Origin: Spirochaetales bacterium
GTDB lineage: Bacteria > Spirochaetota > Spirochaetia > DSM-27196 > SLAA01
Assembly (NCBI GenBank): GCA_007127105.1
Contig: SLAA01000117.1
Location: 1 to 58,338, forward strand
Direction: 5' to 3'
DNA length: 58,338 bases
The position numbers and the translations under genes were made by a program. Each line of letters opens with the position of its first letter. Position 1 is the stretch's first letter. Of this stretch, positions 55,321 to 58,338 are shown piece after piece. The notes beneath the pieces are model-generated. The model saw nothing but the letters and a program-made list of their open reading frames with translations. It was not told the DNA's origin and did no database searches.

Positions 55321-56412
55321 TTGAAACATCTTCGGTTCCTCTTGCCACTATTCCTTGTTGCACTTCACCTGAACGCGCTTGTTTTCATTGGACGGGCGGC
55401 CGGTGAGACACCCTTCTCCGACTCGGAATACATTGTGCGCCGAGCACTTCAACTCCTGCCGGACGACTACTCCCCCATACTCTCCAACGGCGAGGCACAT
55501 GCCCTCGTTCGTGACCTTCATGGGGAAGGCATGGTCGATGTAGTCATAGCAGCCGTTCGCGGAAAGAACGTTGAGAACCGGCTCGAGGTACTTGCCGATA
55601 TCTCACGCCTGTATGTTCGCGGATTGAGTTCACCCGAACTCTTCGTTTTTGTCTACACAAGCACCCGGCACCGACTCGAAGAGCGCGGCCGCTACTCCAT
55701 TGGCGATCCACCGGTGTTTGAAGGCCTCCATTTTCGACGGCTGGCGCGACCCGAAGCTCCCATGTCGGTGAACGCAGTTATCGTTGAGACCTTGCGCAGT
55801 ACGGGACGGGTTGAGGAATGGTTAATATTCGGCCCAGGGGTAGAGCAGCCAACGCGAATGACTATTCGCAACACCCACTCGGAACGCTGGCGCAGCACCG
55901 AAGGAGGGGAGCAGGGGGTGCTTGAGTTGCTCCGGTATCAAACCGCGTACGAGCAGGGCTCGGGAATTGAGACATTTATAACCCGTTATACCTGGGATGG
56001 GCGGCAGTATCGTGGTGAGGAGTCGCTTGCGGTGGTACGAAGTCTGAACTCCTTCCTTGAACGCTGCGAGACCCTGCTCAACAACCATGAGTATGATGCC
56101 TTTGTTGAGTTTGCCTTAGCTCCACACAAAGTCGACAGACCCGAGACCGCGCTGCAACAAACCTTCATACCGGTGGCGGACGAGTTTGAGGCCAAGGCCG
56201 AGCATCCGTTTCCGAGTGGCGATATTAATGCTGAACTCACTCATAGATATATCTTGCCTCGGGTCTTACAGAATCCCTTCCCTCTCGTTGACTCACCATC
56301 CTTTGAGATCTACGTCCGGACCCTTGGGCCACATCAGGGACTCTACCGTGCCCGTGTCAGAATGGCTGAGGACCCATTCTCGGACTCGCCCTACTTCCTC
56401 ACCAGGCCTTAA
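55321..56412 (+). CDS. Hypothetical exported protein
   Basis: TTG start with GGAG SD; signal peptide; DLHGEGMVDVV resembles an FG-GAP/Ca-binding loop; YTWDG. Confidence 0.75.
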   Translation: MKHLRFLLPLFLVALHLNALVFIGRAAGETPFSDSEYIVRRALQLLPDDYSPILSNGEAHALVRDLHGEGMVDVVIAAVRGKNVENRLEVLADISRLYVRGLSSPELFVFVYTSTRHRLEERGRYSIGDPPVFEGLHFRRLARPEAPMSVNAVIVETLRSTGRVEEWLIFGPGVEQPTRMTIRNTHSERWRSTEGGEQGVLELLRYQTAYEQGSGIETFITRYTWDGRQYRGEESLAVVRSLNSFLERCETLLNNHEYDAFVEFALAPHKVDRPETALQQTFIPVADEFEAKAEHPFPSGDINAELTHRYILPRVLQNPFPLVDSPSFEIYVRTLGPHQGLYRARVRMAEDPFSDSPYFLTRP

Positions 56413-56479
56413 GCCCACCATGCTGGTGTCGGTGAAGCCAGTACAAGCCTCTACCACCCGGTATTTTTTTACCGGTCTG

Positions 56480-56508
56480 TTGACAACGGCCGAGCCCGCC
56501 GATACCAT
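56480..56508 (+). promoter_or_regulatory. Sigma-70 promoter, leaderless murA
   Basis: TTGACA-N17-TACCAT, 6 nt before ATG 56515, T-rich UP-like tract upstream, no SD. Confidence 0.68.
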
Positions 56509-56514
56509 GCGCCC

Positions 56515-57798
56515 ATGTATCGATACCAGATTGAAGGCGGTATCCCCGTAAAGGGACGAATACGCGCCGCAGGAAATAAGAACGCTGCCCTACCCTGTAT
56601 CGCGGCAGCTTTGCTCACAGATGAGACTGTCCGTCTTCGAAACATACCAGATATCGAGGACGCGCATGTCATGTTTGAAATCCTTGAGAAGCTCGGCGCC
56701 ACGGTGAACCGCCTTGAGACCAAGGGTGAGTACGAAGTGACCACACATGACATTGTCGGTTCGGAACTTCCGGTCGACCTCGCGCGCAAAATCAGGGCAT
56801 CAATTCTCTTTGCCGGGCCAATGCTCGCTCGCACCGGAAAGGTCGTGCTCCCACCACCCGGCGGTGACGTAATTGGACGCCGGCGTCTTGACAGCCACTT
56901 TCTGGCACTTTCGGCGCTTGGTGCGCGGGTTGAAGTTGACGGCGCCTATAGGCTTACCGCCAACAAACTCAAGGGAGCCGACATATTCATGGATGAAGCG
57001 TCGGTAACCGCTACCGAGAATGCCCTTATGGCGGCAGTCCTCGCCGAAGGCAGTACCGTCATTGAAAACGCCGCCTCTGAACCCCACATACAGGATCTCT
57101 GCAACATGCTCAACGCAATGGGAGCATCAATAAGTGGAATTGGCTCAAACATCCTCCGTATTGAGGGACGCGATAAACTCCACGGAGCGGACTTCACTAT
57201 TGGGGCCGACTTCATGGAGGTTGGATCCTTTATTGGGCTGGCTGCCGTTACGCGTGGAGAACTCACCATTGAGAACGCAGCCCCACACCATTTGAAAATG
57301 GTCAAGATTGCGTTTGCCAAGCTTGGCATCTACTGGGAGGTCGACGGTGAGGACCTGCACATTCCCGCTCATCAGGAGTTGCGAGTTCATCCCGATATGG
57401 GTGGCATGATTCCCAAAATCGACGACGCTCCATGGCCGGGATTCCCACCGGATCTCACCAGCATCATGACGGTTGTTGCAACTCAGGTAGAAGGCACCGT
57501 ATTGGTACACGAGAAGATGTTTGAGTCGCGCATGTTTTTCGTGGACAAGCTCATTGGTATGGGGGCCAGAATTGTTCTGTGCGATCCGCACCGAGCTGTG
57601 GTCAGCGGGCCTTCACGGCTGAGCGGTTCAGAGCTCGTTTCACCCGACGTACGTGCAGGTATGGCCATGCTGCTCGCGGCGCTCTGTGCCGAAGGTTCCA
57701 GCACTATTCACAACGTATACCAGATTGAACGTGGCTACGAGAACCTCACGGTTCGTCTGCAGAGTCTGGGGGCCCGAATTGAGCGGGTGCCTTCATAG
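56515..57798 (+). CDS. murA: UDP-N-acetylglucosamine 1-carboxyvinyltransferase (Asp-type)
   Basis: GNKNAALP, RASIL, PGGDVIGRR, SVTATEN, NAASEPHI, WPGFPPD, FESR, DVRAG, IERGYE. Confidence 0.96.
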   Translation: MYRYQIEGGIPVKGRIRAAGNKNAALPCIAAALLTDETVRLRNIPDIEDAHVMFEILEKLGATVNRLETKGEYEVTTHDIVGSELPVDLARKIRASILFAGPMLARTGKVVLPPPGGDVIGRRRLDSHFLALSALGARVEVDGAYRLTANKLKGADIFMDEASVTATENALMAAVLAEGSTVIENAASEPHIQDLCNMLNAMGASISGIGSNILRIEGRDKLHGADFTIGADFMEVGSFIGLAAVTRGELTIENAAPHHLKMVKIAFAKLGIYWEVDGEDLHIPAHQELRVHPDMGGMIPKIDDAPWPGFPPDLTSIMTVVATQVEGTVLVHEKMFESRMFFVDKLIGMGARIVLCDPHRAVVSGPSRLSGSELVSPDVRAGMAMLLAALCAEGSSTIHNVYQIERGYENLTVRLQSLGARIERVPS

Positions 57799-57828
57799 GC
57801 TCCGCCTTTACTGGGGACGCCGGGACGC

Positions 57829-58338
57829 TTAGGAGGGATCCTCACCAAGTTCTCTACTGAGCGTCTTGTACGCTTCTTGTATGCGGAGAAATGCCTCGTT
57901 TGTCATGCGCTGCTGGTCTTCAGTGAGTCCCTGAGCAAGGTCGGGGTGAAACTCCGCCGCAAGGCGACGATAGACCTTCTTGAGCCTTGCCAGGTCGATA
58001 TCCGCATCCACGCCAAGTACCGCGCGGGCTTCAGCATTGAGGCTACGCAGTGGTCGCAACATGGTGCCTATGTCGTCGGGGTCGAGCCCAAGTCCGGCCC
58101 CAATACCTTCTAGTTGCGAAATTCGTACCGGCGAAAAGCTCGGGCCGTCACTGAGCGCCACCCGCAGAAGCGCGCCAAAGATCTCAGCTTTCACAACAGG
58201 TGACTCGGCATCCAGAAGGCTCACAACGCGGGCTGTATCGATACGAGTACCCAAGACCACCGCTTCCTGCATTACCGCCTCCACCTGGCGCGCGGATCTG
58301 GCAATCAGCGGATACCGTCCTCGGAGCTCACGTTGAAG
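57829..58338 (-). CDS. DjlA-like protein with C-terminal J domain; 3' part only (frame open to window end)
   Basis: VLGV...LKKVYRRLAAEFHPD...FLRIQEAYKTL; TerB-like ALSDG segment upstream. Confidence 0.85.
   Translation of the reverse strand, partial: LQRELRGRYPLIARSARQVEAVMQEAVVLGTRIDTARVVSLLDAESPVVKAEIFGALLRVALSDGPSFSPVRISQLEGIGAGLGLDPDDIGTMLRPLRSLNAEARAVLGVDADIDLARLKKVYRRLAAEFHPDLAQGLTEDQQRMTNEAFLRIQEAYKTLSRELGEDPS

Noticed and set aside
56498-56505. GCCGATAC upstream of murA (and GCCGATAG near 31492-31499, minus strand) as sigma-28 -10 boxes
   Set aside because: No TAAA at 15-16 nt spacing; sigma-70 boxes explain both regions

Overview
Gene-dense core-chromosome segment, GC roughly 55-60% by eye, most likely from a free-living spirochaete (Spirochaetia). 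This is inferred from gene content: a FlgM-like protein, Asp-type MurA, a GAF-GGDEF cyclase, an HDOD protein and several spirochaete-like hypotheticals. It holds about 47 CDS (fbaB, an M29 aminopeptidase, nfo, rarD, addAB, radA, serA, aspS, rsmI, flgM, a Lon-like protease, lspA, leuB, hisA/hisE, pyrC, thrC, aspartate kinase, murA and others) and one tRNA-Ala(GGC). I saw no mobile element, prophage, CRISPR array or recognisable defence island, and I cannot point to one self-contained new system. The best leads are regulatory. (1) A near-perfect sigma-28 promoter drives an unknown 76-aa protein; a matching promoter precedes flgM. (2) At least seven genes have a sigma-70 -10 box 6-8 nt before the ATG with no SD (leaderless mRNAs). 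(3) A membrane-anchored 8-Cys protein probably starts at a non-canonical ATC behind a perfect SD. (4) There is a kinase-less partner-switching operon and a separate HATPase-HDOD fusion. (5) Several apparent pseudoenzymes occur: an Fe-ADH without His ligands, HisI without Zn cysteines, a CCA-enzyme-like HD protein without the NTase motif, and a sigma-54 activator with no phospho-Asp and no HTH. (6) Short in-frame tandem duplications recur in protein loops. All family calls come from reading motifs by eye; no searches were run.
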